Origin: Phycisphaerae bacterium
GTDB lineage: Bacteria; Planctomycetota; Phycisphaerae; UBA1845
Direction of reading: 5' to 3'
NCBI GenBank assembly: GCA_963666835.2
Contig: CAXXGO010000001.1
Location: forward strand, 672,001 to 736,000
DNA length: 64,000 nucleotides
Shown here: positions 30,540 through 38,360 of the stretch, piece by piece
How the letters are laid out: each line of letters opens with the position of its first letter
How positions within the stretch are numbered: position 1 is the first letter of the stretch
Made by a program: the position numbers and the translations under genes
Notes under the pieces: generated by a model
The model's input: only the letters and a program-made list of their open reading frames with translations
What the model was told of the DNA's origin: nothing
Databases searched by the model: none

Positions 30540-30558
30540 AGGTGAGCTGCTTTTTCCA

Positions 30559-30586
30559 GGAACCGGGGGCGGCTCCGCGCGTCTAA
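30559..30586 (+). promoter_or_regulatory. Putative ECF-sigma promoter upstream of the VIT-vWA gene
   Basis: GGAAC (30559-30563), 16-nt spacer, CGTCTAA (30580-30586), 75 nt before the ATG. Confidence 0.5.
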
Positions 30587-30660
30587 CCCCCTGTCGTCGC
30601 GAGATTCTCCGGTGTTGGGGGCGGGGGCGACGGGGTGGGTAACACGCGAAGGAGGCAGCT

Positions 30661-32910
30661 ATGTCCGGAAAAACACTACACCTGGCGTTCCTTATGGCGG
30701 TCGGACTGACGTTTGCGGCGAGCGCTCAAACGGTCATTATTGACCCGCAGCCCATTCCTCCCGTGGTTCCTGATCCGGACTCGCCGCAGCCGCGACGTGT
30801 CCGGCCGGTGCGGCCGCCGCGTCCGGCGCGGGACATGGCGATGCAGGTTCGGAAGCAGCATGTCGAGGTATCCATCGTCGATGGGGTGGCGGTGACCGGA
30901 GTAGATCAGGTTTTCTTCAACCCGCACAACGCTACGGTGGAGGGTACGTACATCTTCCCGTTGGACGACGACGTTGCTTTGAGCAAGTTCACGATGTTCG
31001 TGAACGGGGTGGAGATTGAGGGCAAGCTCCTGGGGGTCGAAGAGGCCCGGCGTACGTACGAGTCGATCGTGGCGAAGATGCGCGACCCGGCTTTGCTCGA
31101 ATACGTCGGCACCCGCATGTTCCAGGCCCGCATTTTTCCCATCAATCCAAAGAGCGAGGTTCGGGTGCGGCTGGCGTACACGCAGATGCTCGAAACCAGC
31201 GGTGGACTCGTGCGGTATCGATATCCGCTGAACGTCGAAAAGCACATGGCCGGCGCGGTGGATGACCTGAGCATAGTGGTCAATCTCAAGAGTGCCGTCG
31301 GGATCAAAAGTGTCTTCAGTCCGTCACACAAAGTCTCGGTGAGTCGAGCCTCGGATTACCGAGCGAGCGCCAGCTATGAAGCCCAAAACGCGCACGCCGA
31401 TAAGGACTTCGAGCTTGTTTACGGGCTCAGCGACAAGGAGTTCGGTTTGACCGTGCTCACGCATCGTCAGGCCGGGCAAGACGGGTTCTTCCTGGCCCGA
31501 ATCTCCCCGCCGGCGAAGGCGACCGACGTGTTACCCAAGGATATTTCGTTTGTCGTGGATACGTCCGGGAGTATGTCGGGCGAGAAGATCCGGCAGGCCC
31601 AAGAGGCTCTGAACTTCTGTCTGGCGAATCTCAACCCGCAGGATCGGTTCAACGTGATCGCCTTTTCGCACGAGGCCGTGCCGTTCGAGACGGGCTTGAC
31701 CCCGGCGGTACCGGAGAATCTGGAGAAGGCCCGGCAGTTCGTCAACCGCCTCGATGCTACCGGAGGGACGAACATCAATGACGCCATTCTGTCAGCGTTG
31801 GGAGCTGCTCCGAGCGGTGTGGCGAGTCGGCCGTATCTGATCGTCTTTCTGACCGACGGCCAGCCCACTGTCGGCGTGACCGATCCGGAGGAGATCTTGA
31901 AGAACGTCGCGGCCGGTAATGCCAAGCGGGTTCGGCTCTTTGTTTTCGGGGTTGGGCATGACGTGAACACTCGACTGCTCGATCTTATGGCCGAGCAGAA
32001 CCGCGGTGCTCGTGACTATGTCGAGCCGGGCGAGAATCTGGAGCTGAAGCTGTCGGGCTTCTATCGCAAGGTGGCGGATCCGGTTCTGGCCGATCTGGTG
32101 CTCACGTACGGCGGGCTGAGTACGCACGATTGTTTCCCGCCCAAGCTGGGTGATTTGTTTGGCGGCAGCGAGTTGATTGTGGTCGGCCGATACAACGGCG
32201 CCGGAGCCCGCGCGATCGAACTGACCGGCAACCGCCGCGGCGTAGCGGAGCAGTTTGTTTACGAGACCACCTTCCCCAGCGAGGATCAGACGAACGAGTT
32301 TCTCCCGCGGCTGTGGGCGACGCGGAAGGTGGGGTACCTGCTTGATCAGATTCGCTTACACGGCGAAAACGCCGAGTTGAGAGCTACGGTTGTCGCTTTG
32401 GCCACGAAGTATGGGATTGTCACGCCGTACACGTCGTATCTGGTCACTGAGCCGGGTGAGGTTGCGGTTAACCGGAGCGGCTTTGCTGATGACGGCCGGC
32501 TCTTCCGCCGGAGCAAGATGGCGACGAGAGGGTCCGAGATGCCGGCCCCGGGTGGGGGATGGGCAGAGGTTAGCGGAGTCACGTCACCGGCGGTGGACGT
32601 GGCGCGATCCGTCCAGGCGAGCCGCCTGCAGGAAGCGGACGCGGCCGACGGGCTCTCGGATTCTGCCAAGGAGGAGTCTGGAGAGTCTCGGGTCAGCCAC
32701 GTGGGGACACGGACCTTCCGCCGGATCGGGGAGCGCTGGGTGGATACCGACTATGACGAGAAGTCGGAGACGGTGAAGGTGGAGCTGTTCTCTGCGGAGT
32801 ACTTCAAACTGATTCGGGATCACAACGAGTTGGCCAAGTGCTTCGCCTTGGGCGATCGCGTGGTCGTGGTACTCAACGGAGTCGCTTACGAGACCGTGCC
32901 GTCGCCGTAG
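30661..32910 (+). CDS. Exported VIT + von Willebrand A domain protein (inter-alpha-trypsin-inhibitor heavy-chain-like)
   Basis: Signal peptide; VIT region (VEGTYIFPL, DPALLEY); MIDAS residues DTSGS / GGTN / LTDG; RLWA and IVTPYTSYLV. Confidence 0.9.
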   Translation: MSGKTLHLAFLMAVGLTFAASAQTVIIDPQPIPPVVPDPDSPQPRRVRPVRPPRPARDMAMQVRKQHVEVSIVDGVAVTGVDQVFFNPHNATVEGTYIFPLDDDVALSKFTMFVNGVEIEGKLLGVEEARRTYESIVAKMRDPALLEYVGTRMFQARIFPINPKSEVRVRLAYTQMLETSGGLVRYRYPLNVEKHMAGAVDDLSIVVNLKSAVGIKSVFSPSHKVSVSRASDYRASASYEAQNAHADKDFELVYGLSDKEFGLTVLTHRQAGQDGFFLARISPPAKATDVLPKDISFVVDTSGSMSGEKIRQAQEALNFCLANLNPQDRFNVIAFSHEAVPFETGLTPAVPENLEKARQFVNRLDATGGTNINDAILSALGAAPSGVASRPYLIVFLTDGQPTVGVTDPEEILKNVAAGNAKRVRLFVFGVGHDVNTRLLDLMAEQNRGARDYVEPGENLELKLSGFYRKVADPVLADLVLTYGGLSTHDCFPPKLGDLFGGSELIVVGRYNGAGARAIELTGNRRGVAEQFVYETTFPSEDQTNEFLPRLWATRKVGYLLDQIRLHGENAELRATVVALATKYGIVTPYTSYLVTEPGEVAVNRSGFADDGRLFRRSKMATRGSEMPAPGGGWAEVSGVTSPAVDVARSVQASRLQEADAADGLSDSAKEESGESRVSHVGTRTFRRIGERWVDTDYDEKSETVKVELFSAEYFKLIRDHNELAKCFALGDRVVVVLNGVAYETVPSP

Positions 32911-32951
32911 GCGGATTGGTGACCTTAGCAGGGCGGATTCTCTGTGATGTC

Positions 32952-32981
32952 CCACGGGGCAACAGGTTGCCCCATGCCGCC
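32952..32981. repeat. REP-like palindromic repeat, copy 2
   Basis: CCACGGGGCAAC-AG-GTTGCCCCATGCCGCC. Confidence 0.75.
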
Positions 32982-33041
32982 CGCCGTTAGGTAACAACTG
33001 GGCACGCGAACGAGTTGCTGTGTACGTCTGGTACTTACGCC

Positions 33042-33071
33042 CCACGGGTCAACAAGTTGACCCATGCCACC
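33042..33071. repeat. REP-like palindromic repeat, copy 3
   Basis: CCACGGGTCAAC-AA-GTTGACCCATGCCACC. Confidence 0.75.
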
Positions 33072-33100
33072 CGCGCGGCTTCCTGAAGCCGCGCGGGTTT
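33069..33100. terminator. Strong hairpin between convergent genes, probable terminator
   Basis: 14-bp perfect inverted repeat ACCCGCGCGGCTTC-CT-GAAGCCGCGCGGGT followed by a T-rich tail. Confidence 0.6.
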
Positions 33101-33110
33101 CGTTGTTTGA

Positions 33111-34337
33111 TCAATCCGTTGCTGGTGACCGTCGGGTGGTGATGTACCCGCCGACTCCGATGATCAGAGCCAGCATGACCACCATGCCTACGTCGGAGAC
33201 TGCGGGGATTTCCGGCCTGCGTATACCGTGAGCCGTCGCGCACGCGGCGGCGTCATCGCAAGGTGAGACGTCGAGGGCATCAAGATTATCCGTTGCCTCA
33301 CCCAGCCCCAGTTCGCTGGCCGAGAGGTACAGTTCCACCGGCTCGCCCGGGGCGGCGACGAAGACGTCCGCCGGTCCGGTTCCGGGAATCAGCGTGAACA
33401 AGTTCGATCCTGGGGCGAGGGAGAAGAAGACCTGATCCGCTCCGTCGAAGATCCGATTCTCGTCGGCGTCCACCACGATCATCGCGTCGATGTCATTGGC
33501 GGCGGCAAGCCCCAATTGGGTATGCGAAGCAAAGACCACGGTCTCCACCCCGGTGCCGGCAGGGTGCTCGTTAAAGAAGATATTCGCTCCGCTCGGGGCG
33601 TTCGGCAACGACAGGGCCGGCAGCGAAGGCGAGTCCGCTGCTACCGAGAAGTACACGTTCAAGATGTCCCCGCTTACCGCCTCGACCTGCAGGTATGCCG
33701 TCGAGTTGACGTTGTCTTGAGGGGCGCGGATCTGCTCCTCGGCGGAGCCGGGTGGATCGGCATTGAAGTCGGTTCCTCCTTCGTCGTAGTTATTGCGAAT
33801 CAAGGCGCTATTGTAAGTGAGGGCTCGCCCTTCGAGTTCACAGCCGGTCGATCGAGTGCAGAGCACCGTTGACATATACTGGTCACCGGCGCCTTGTCCG
33901 CGATTAGCCTGGTCCCAGGCGTTGTAGGGCACGCCCAAGTTGAAGAGCGTCGAGTCGGGGCTGGCTACGCCGTTCGTGGCGCGATCAACCGAAAAGAGAA
34001 GCGAGAACTGGTCGGCCGGTCCCAGTCCGCTGCCTGCGGATGACAGCGCGTCAATCTCGTCGAACGGTTCGACAATCGACCCGAGCCCGATCTGATCGCC
34101 CAGGACTACCTCTCGTGGCAGCGGGAAGTCCAACTCCAAGATGGAGTCGGCGTGCAGGCTCCCATCGAGCACCTTGGGGGACTGGCGGTCAAACGTGTAG
34201 TAGGGTACCGGCAGCGCATCATGCGGCGGAGCTGCCGTAGCCACAGCCGCAAACATGCAAAGCAGCAAGCTCCCCCCCTTTGCGACACGGGCAATGCCCC
34301 GCGGACCGGTCTTGTTTCTTCGGATATGAGTAATCAT
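33111..34337 (-). CDS. Exported protein with an IPTL-CTERM-like C-terminal sorting signal
   Basis: ATG 34337 overlaps the kinase stop (TGATG). Signal peptide ...LLLCMFAAVATA. C-terminus IPAVSDVGMVVMLALIIGVGGYITTRR is motif + TM + basic residues. Confidence 0.75.
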   Translation of the reverse strand: MITHIRRNKTGPRGIARVAKGGSLLLCMFAAVATAAPPHDALPVPYYTFDRQSPKVLDGSLHADSILELDFPLPREVVLGDQIGLGSIVEPFDEIDALSSAGSGLGPADQFSLLFSVDRATNGVASPDSTLFNLGVPYNAWDQANRGQGAGDQYMSTVLCTRSTGCELEGRALTYNSALIRNNYDEGGTDFNADPPGSAEEQIRAPQDNVNSTAYLQVEAVSGDILNVYFSVAADSPSLPALSLPNAPSGANIFFNEHPAGTGVETVVFASHTQLGLAAANDIDAMIVVDADENRIFDGADQVFFSLAPGSNLFTLIPGTGPADVFVAAPGEPVELYLSASELGLGEATDNLDALDVSPCDDAAACATAHGIRRPEIPAVSDVGMVVMLALIIGVGGYITTRRSPATD

Positions 34338-37273
34338 CAATCGTCTCCCCCTAAGCTTGTCGAACGGACAGCTAGATCCGTTTCGTGAGCACCGATCGCA
34401 CTCTCCGAGTTGGCGGAGGCGTCCGGAGCAATCCACGCAGGCCATCCACTATCAGCCTCCAGTTTCCCAAAAATGACGCCGGCATGGAAGGAATAATTCA
34501 GCGCCCCGTCGTAGGACCGATAAGCCTTCGAAAAATGGTCAATCGCTTCACTTCGCTTGCCGTTTCCGAGCGCCATGGCGGCCGCATGGAAGTGAGCTTC
34601 CCCGCGGAGCTTCCAGGGGGTCTCGGCTTGCCCGGCCAGTGCTTCCAGTCGGTCGAATTGCCCACGATCGGCGGCGAAGTCGAATAGTGCCCGGACCCAT
34701 TCCTCCGACTGCGGGGGCTTTATGGCGGAGGTGAAATCAAGCTGCTCGATCCGGTCGTTCATTATCTCTAATGCTTCTTGCGGTTTGCCGAGCAACCGCA
34801 GGCAAGTGGCCGCCCGGAGCACGGACTGGGCGTCGTCGCCGGCCAGGGCGCGAGCATGCGAGAGGGCCGAATTCATGTCACCCAGCTCGGCATGAATCAG
34901 TGCCGGATAGAAATGAGCGTAGTACGGGCTTTCCGGCATGCACCCTGCGTGGTATTCAACGTCGTCATACGCGGCGTTGAGGTGGCCCAGCCAGTAGTGC
35001 AACCGCCAGCGATAGTGGTATCCTTCGCAGCGCTCTCGCTCGGCCTTTGCCAGCTCGATCGCCTCGGTGCGCGTGGCAATCGCGTCTTCGAAGCGTCCCA
35101 TGCGCTCGAGGCATTCGGCCTCGGCCGTCACGGGTCGATCGCTCGACGGATCGACCTCTCGGCCCAGGCGCGCCCACTGCAAGGCTGCGGCGAAACGATC
35201 TTCGGAAGCCTGATTTCCGCGCGTGCCCGCGCTACCCTCGTACACTTCCGCCGCCAACCGATTGGCAATCGAGAGCAGGTAGTACGGGTAAGCGCCGTAG
35301 TGTTGGCTTTCGACAAGCTGCTGCAATCCGGCTTCGGCTTCCTCCAGGCCGGTGATCGTCCGGGTTGCGTACATTTGTTGGTTGCGGGCTCGCGCTATAT
35401 GGAGAACGGCTTGGGGGAAGAACTTGTGCTCCAGAGCCCGCGCGGCGTTGGCGTTGCGATAGGATGCGATTGCCTCGAGCGGATCGTCGAAATGAACGGC
35501 TAACCCGCGGAAGAACCACTCTTCGGCCGTCTGGGGACCGCCGAGATCCTCCGCAAGCTGGAAAGCGTCGCGCGATTTCGTTTCTTGATTATCCCGCCAA
35601 TAGGCCCAGGCTAAAACGTACCATGCTTCGACGTTCTCCGGTTCGTTCTGCAGAAGCTCATCGAGGATCGCAATCGCCGCGGCCTGGTCGGAGCCGCCCA
35701 GGCATGCGATTGCCTCGGTCAGCAGAGCCTTGGGCGAATCCGCCCCGAGCAATCCGGCGCGGGCGATGTTCTCGATTACCAGCCCCGGTTTCCGGTAGTC
35801 GTCGTAGACTAAGGCAGCGTAGGCGCTGCGGATGAGGTCTTGGGATTCGCGGTGCCTGGCGGCTGACACGCTGGCGGCCCAACCCGCGCCGGCGCCGGCC
35901 AAAGCAATGGCCAGGGCGAGGGCGGCGGTCAAGGCTCGGTGCCGATTGACCCACTTAGCGGCTCTTTCGATTGGGCCGACGCGTCGGCTCTTGATAGGTC
36001 GACCTTCCGCGAATCGACGAAGATCCTCGGCAAGGGCTTCGGCCGTTGGGTATCTTCGATTGGGATCGCGTTCCAATGCCCGAAGGCAGATGGTCTCCAG
36101 GTCGATGGGGATTCGCGGGTCGAACCGGCGTGGTGATTGTGCGTCATCGGTGGCGATTGCGTGGAGGATCTGATCGCGGGTCTCGCCTGAGAATGGGCGG
36201 TGCCCGGAAATAGCCTCGTAGAGAGTTACGCCCACCGAGTAGATGTCGGTACGGTGATCCACCTCGTCCGGTTTGCCGCGGACCTGTTCGGGAGATAGAT
36301 AGGATGGCGTGCCCATTACCTCACCGGTTACGGTCAGGTCAGAGGTTTCCGTGAGGCGGGCCAGGCCGAAGTCGGTTATGTGGAGCCGCTGCCCTTCTCC
36401 CAGGATAAGGTTGTGCGGCTTGATGTCTCGATGAACGACCCCGTTGGCGTGAGCGTGGGCCAATCCTTCCGCCACGCCGGCCATGAGTCGGGCGATGTAC
36501 CTGAAGTCTTCCGCGGTCCGCCGGACCGGTTCCGGAGTTAAGCGGGGTGCGGTGGGGGCGGCCGGCTGATCCGAAGGCGGAGCGGCCGGGATCGTCGTGG
36601 AACTCTCGGACGCGGCATTGAACCTGGAAGTCAGCAGTTCCGGACGGGAGCTCAGGGCGGTGCCGAGACTGACGCCTTCGATCAACTTCATGGCGTAGTA
36701 GCAACTACCTTCGTATTCACCCTGGGCATATACGGGAACCACGTTGGCGTGGTTGAGCCGGGCGGCAGCTTGAGCTTCCCGGTGGAAGCGCTGCACCATA
36801 GCCCCACCTCGCAAAAGGGCCCCGGGGAGAACCTTGAGGGCCACCAACCGATCGAGCGACGTCTGCCGGGCGCGGTACACTACGCCCATTCCACCGCGGC
36901 CCAGTTCTCCGAGGATTTCGAAGTCCCCTATTCGGCTTCCCACCTTCGGCGCGGCGTTTGTGCCGGGAGCAGCCCACCCCAGAGCCGGTCCGCTTCCCGC
37001 AAGGGTCGCGGCGCTGCTCTTCAGGCCGTGGGTACCGACCCCGAACGCCTCGCGTAGCTCGGCCACCAGGAAGTCATCTTCTGCGACCAGACTGGAGCCC
37101 TCCACCGAAGGTCCCAGAACGCAACCACAGCTTCCGCAACGAGTCTGTTCGTCAGCAGAGGCTACGACAGTCTGGGAATGGCATGCTGGACAGATGAACT
37201 CGACCACGAGATTCCCTTTTTCGGCGAATGGAACGCTACCTTTCCATAGACCATATTCAGTTCGATCTGACAA
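34337..37273 (-). CDS. Hanks-type Ser/Thr protein kinase: N-terminal Zn ribbon, kinase, TM segment, TPR-like C-terminus
   Basis: CPAC...CGSC; GRGGMGVVY, VALK, HRDIKPHN, DFG, GTPSYLSPEQ; hydrophobic ALTAALALAIALAGAGAGWA; helical repeats. The start is uncertain. Confidence 0.92.
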   Translation of the reverse strand: MSDRTEYGLWKGSVPFAEKGNLVVEFICPACHSQTVVASADEQTRCGSCGCVLGPSVEGSSLVAEDDFLVAELREAFGVGTHGLKSSAATLAGSGPALGWAAPGTNAAPKVGSRIGDFEILGELGRGGMGVVYRARQTSLDRLVALKVLPGALLRGGAMVQRFHREAQAAARLNHANVVPVYAQGEYEGSCYYAMKLIEGVSLGTALSSRPELLTSRFNAASESSTTIPAAPPSDQPAAPTAPRLTPEPVRRTAEDFRYIARLMAGVAEGLAHAHANGVVHRDIKPHNLILGEGQRLHITDFGLARLTETSDLTVTGEVMGTPSYLSPEQVRGKPDEVDHRTDIYSVGVTLYEAISGHRPFSGETRDQILHAIATDDAQSPRRFDPRIPIDLETICLRALERDPNRRYPTAEALAEDLRRFAEGRPIKSRRVGPIERAAKWVNRHRALTAALALAIALAGAGAGWAASVSAARHRESQDLIRSAYAALVYDDYRKPGLVIENIARAGLLGADSPKALLTEAIACLGGSDQAAAIAILDELLQNEPENVEAWYVLAWAYWRDNQETKSRDAFQLAEDLGGPQTAEEWFFRGLAVHFDDPLEAIASYRNANAARALEHKFFPQAVLHIARARNQQMYATRTITGLEEAEAGLQQLVESQHYGAYPYYLLSIANRLAAEVYEGSAGTRGNQASEDRFAAALQWARLGREVDPSSDRPVTAEAECLERMGRFEDAIATRTEAIELAKAERERCEGYHYRWRLHYWLGHLNAAYDDVEYHAGCMPESPYYAHFYPALIHAELGDMNSALSHARALAGDDAQSVLRAATCLRLLGKPQEALEIMNDRIEQLDFTSAIKPPQSEEWVRALFDFAADRGQFDRLEALAGQAETPWKLRGEAHFHAAAMALGNGKRSEAIDHFSKAYRSYDGALNYSFHAGVIFGKLEADSGWPAWIAPDASANSESAIGAHETDLAVRSTSLGGDD

Positions 37274-37384
37274 CCGATTCTAACGGTTCTTACCGATCCA
37301 ACCCAAGTTGCCGGTCTGCGCCCGCATCAAATACACGCGATTATCGGAGCCGGCTTTGCGGGGGCCGGCTGACCGTTGAGCCGG

Positions 37385-37981
37385 TCAGACGTCCTGATCG
37401 GGATCCAGAGACTCCAGCCGTTCTCGTACCCGTTTCAACACACGGCTCTTGGCCTGGTACACGCTGGCCTTGTTCAGCCCGAGACGGTCGGCCGTGTCGT
37501 CCACCGATACTCCGGCCAGGGCGTGCATCTGAAAGGCCTGCAGGGTCTTCTCTTCGAACTCGTCGGCCACGGTCCGCAGAGCCCAGCGCAGCCGGTGGAG
37601 CCGCCATTCGCGCTCCCATTGACCGTCGGTGCTGGATTCTTTCTTGGCAGCCATGAAGTCTAGTACGGTGGGGTCCAATCCGGCCCGCTCCGCGGCGTTC
37701 TTAGAGGCGCGGCGGGTAAGGGCGTGAACGACTGCGGCTCGAAGGTAGCTGCGGAAGCGGCCTCGGCGCGCATCATACTCAAAGCCCTCCATGGCCTTGA
37801 ATAGGTACATCTCCACCTCTTGCACGACATCTTCCGCGTCGGCGTGGGTGGCCCCGCGAAGGCGGGCGTACCGGTACAGCAGTTCGCCGTACCGTTCATG
37901 AAACTCATCCCAACTGAGTTTATCGGAACGATTGCGAAGTCGCAGAAGCAGTGTAATGCGCGTAGTGTCATCCGGTTGCAT
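37385..37981 (-). CDS. ECF sigma factor of the planctomycete kinase-associated type
   Basis: TTRITLLLRLR...WDEFHERY, DAEDVVQEV, GRFRSYL, region 4 TADRLGLNKASVYQAKSRV; ATG 37981 preferred. Confidence 0.92.
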   Translation of the reverse strand: MQPDDTTRITLLLRLRNRSDKLSWDEFHERYGELLYRYARLRGATHADAEDVVQEVEMYLFKAMEGFEYDARRGRFRSYLRAAVVHALTRRASKNAAERAGLDPTVLDFMAAKKESSTDGQWEREWRLHRLRWALRTVADEFEEKTLQAFQMHALAGVSVDDTADRLGLNKASVYQAKSRVLKRVRERLESLDPDQDV

Positions 37982-38360
37982 CAGTAACTTATTGTCGTTC
38001 AGGTCGTGCCAAAAGACAAGCGCGGGACGCCTTTTAGGGTTTCGGAATCCCATGCGGCGCGCCCCCGTCAAGCGGCAACACAATCAGTATGCGGCGAGGC
38101 GCAAGGTGCCGGATTCGGTGCGTCGCCGCAAGTTGGTCGCGGGCGGTTCAATCTCGTGTCAAGAAACGGCGCTAGCAGTCTATTTACGAGAGCAACGTGG
38201 CCGGACACCGCTGTTGAAGGTGTTGCGGGCGTTTGCACAGTGAGGAGGACGGAGGGGTACAACACGCTCGGCGGCGGATTCGGGCCGGTCGCCGCGCGCT
38301 CCACCAAATGCCTTTTGACGGCTGGTTTCAGTGGCGGCGTTACGCCGCGGGAGGTCAAGA

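Noticed and set aside
32952..33071. Two 30-nt palindromes 60 nt apart as a mini-CRISPR
   Set aside because: There are only two adjacent copies, they are non-identical with stem covariation, the spacer is too long, and a third copy lies 2.4 kb away. This fits REP-like elements better.
34338..34445. Cys-rich N-terminal extension of the tracked 444-aa ORF (MACVDC...CDRC)
   Set aside because: It overlaps the kinase C-terminus in another frame. ATG 34337, with a TGATG overlap followed by a signal peptide, is the better start.
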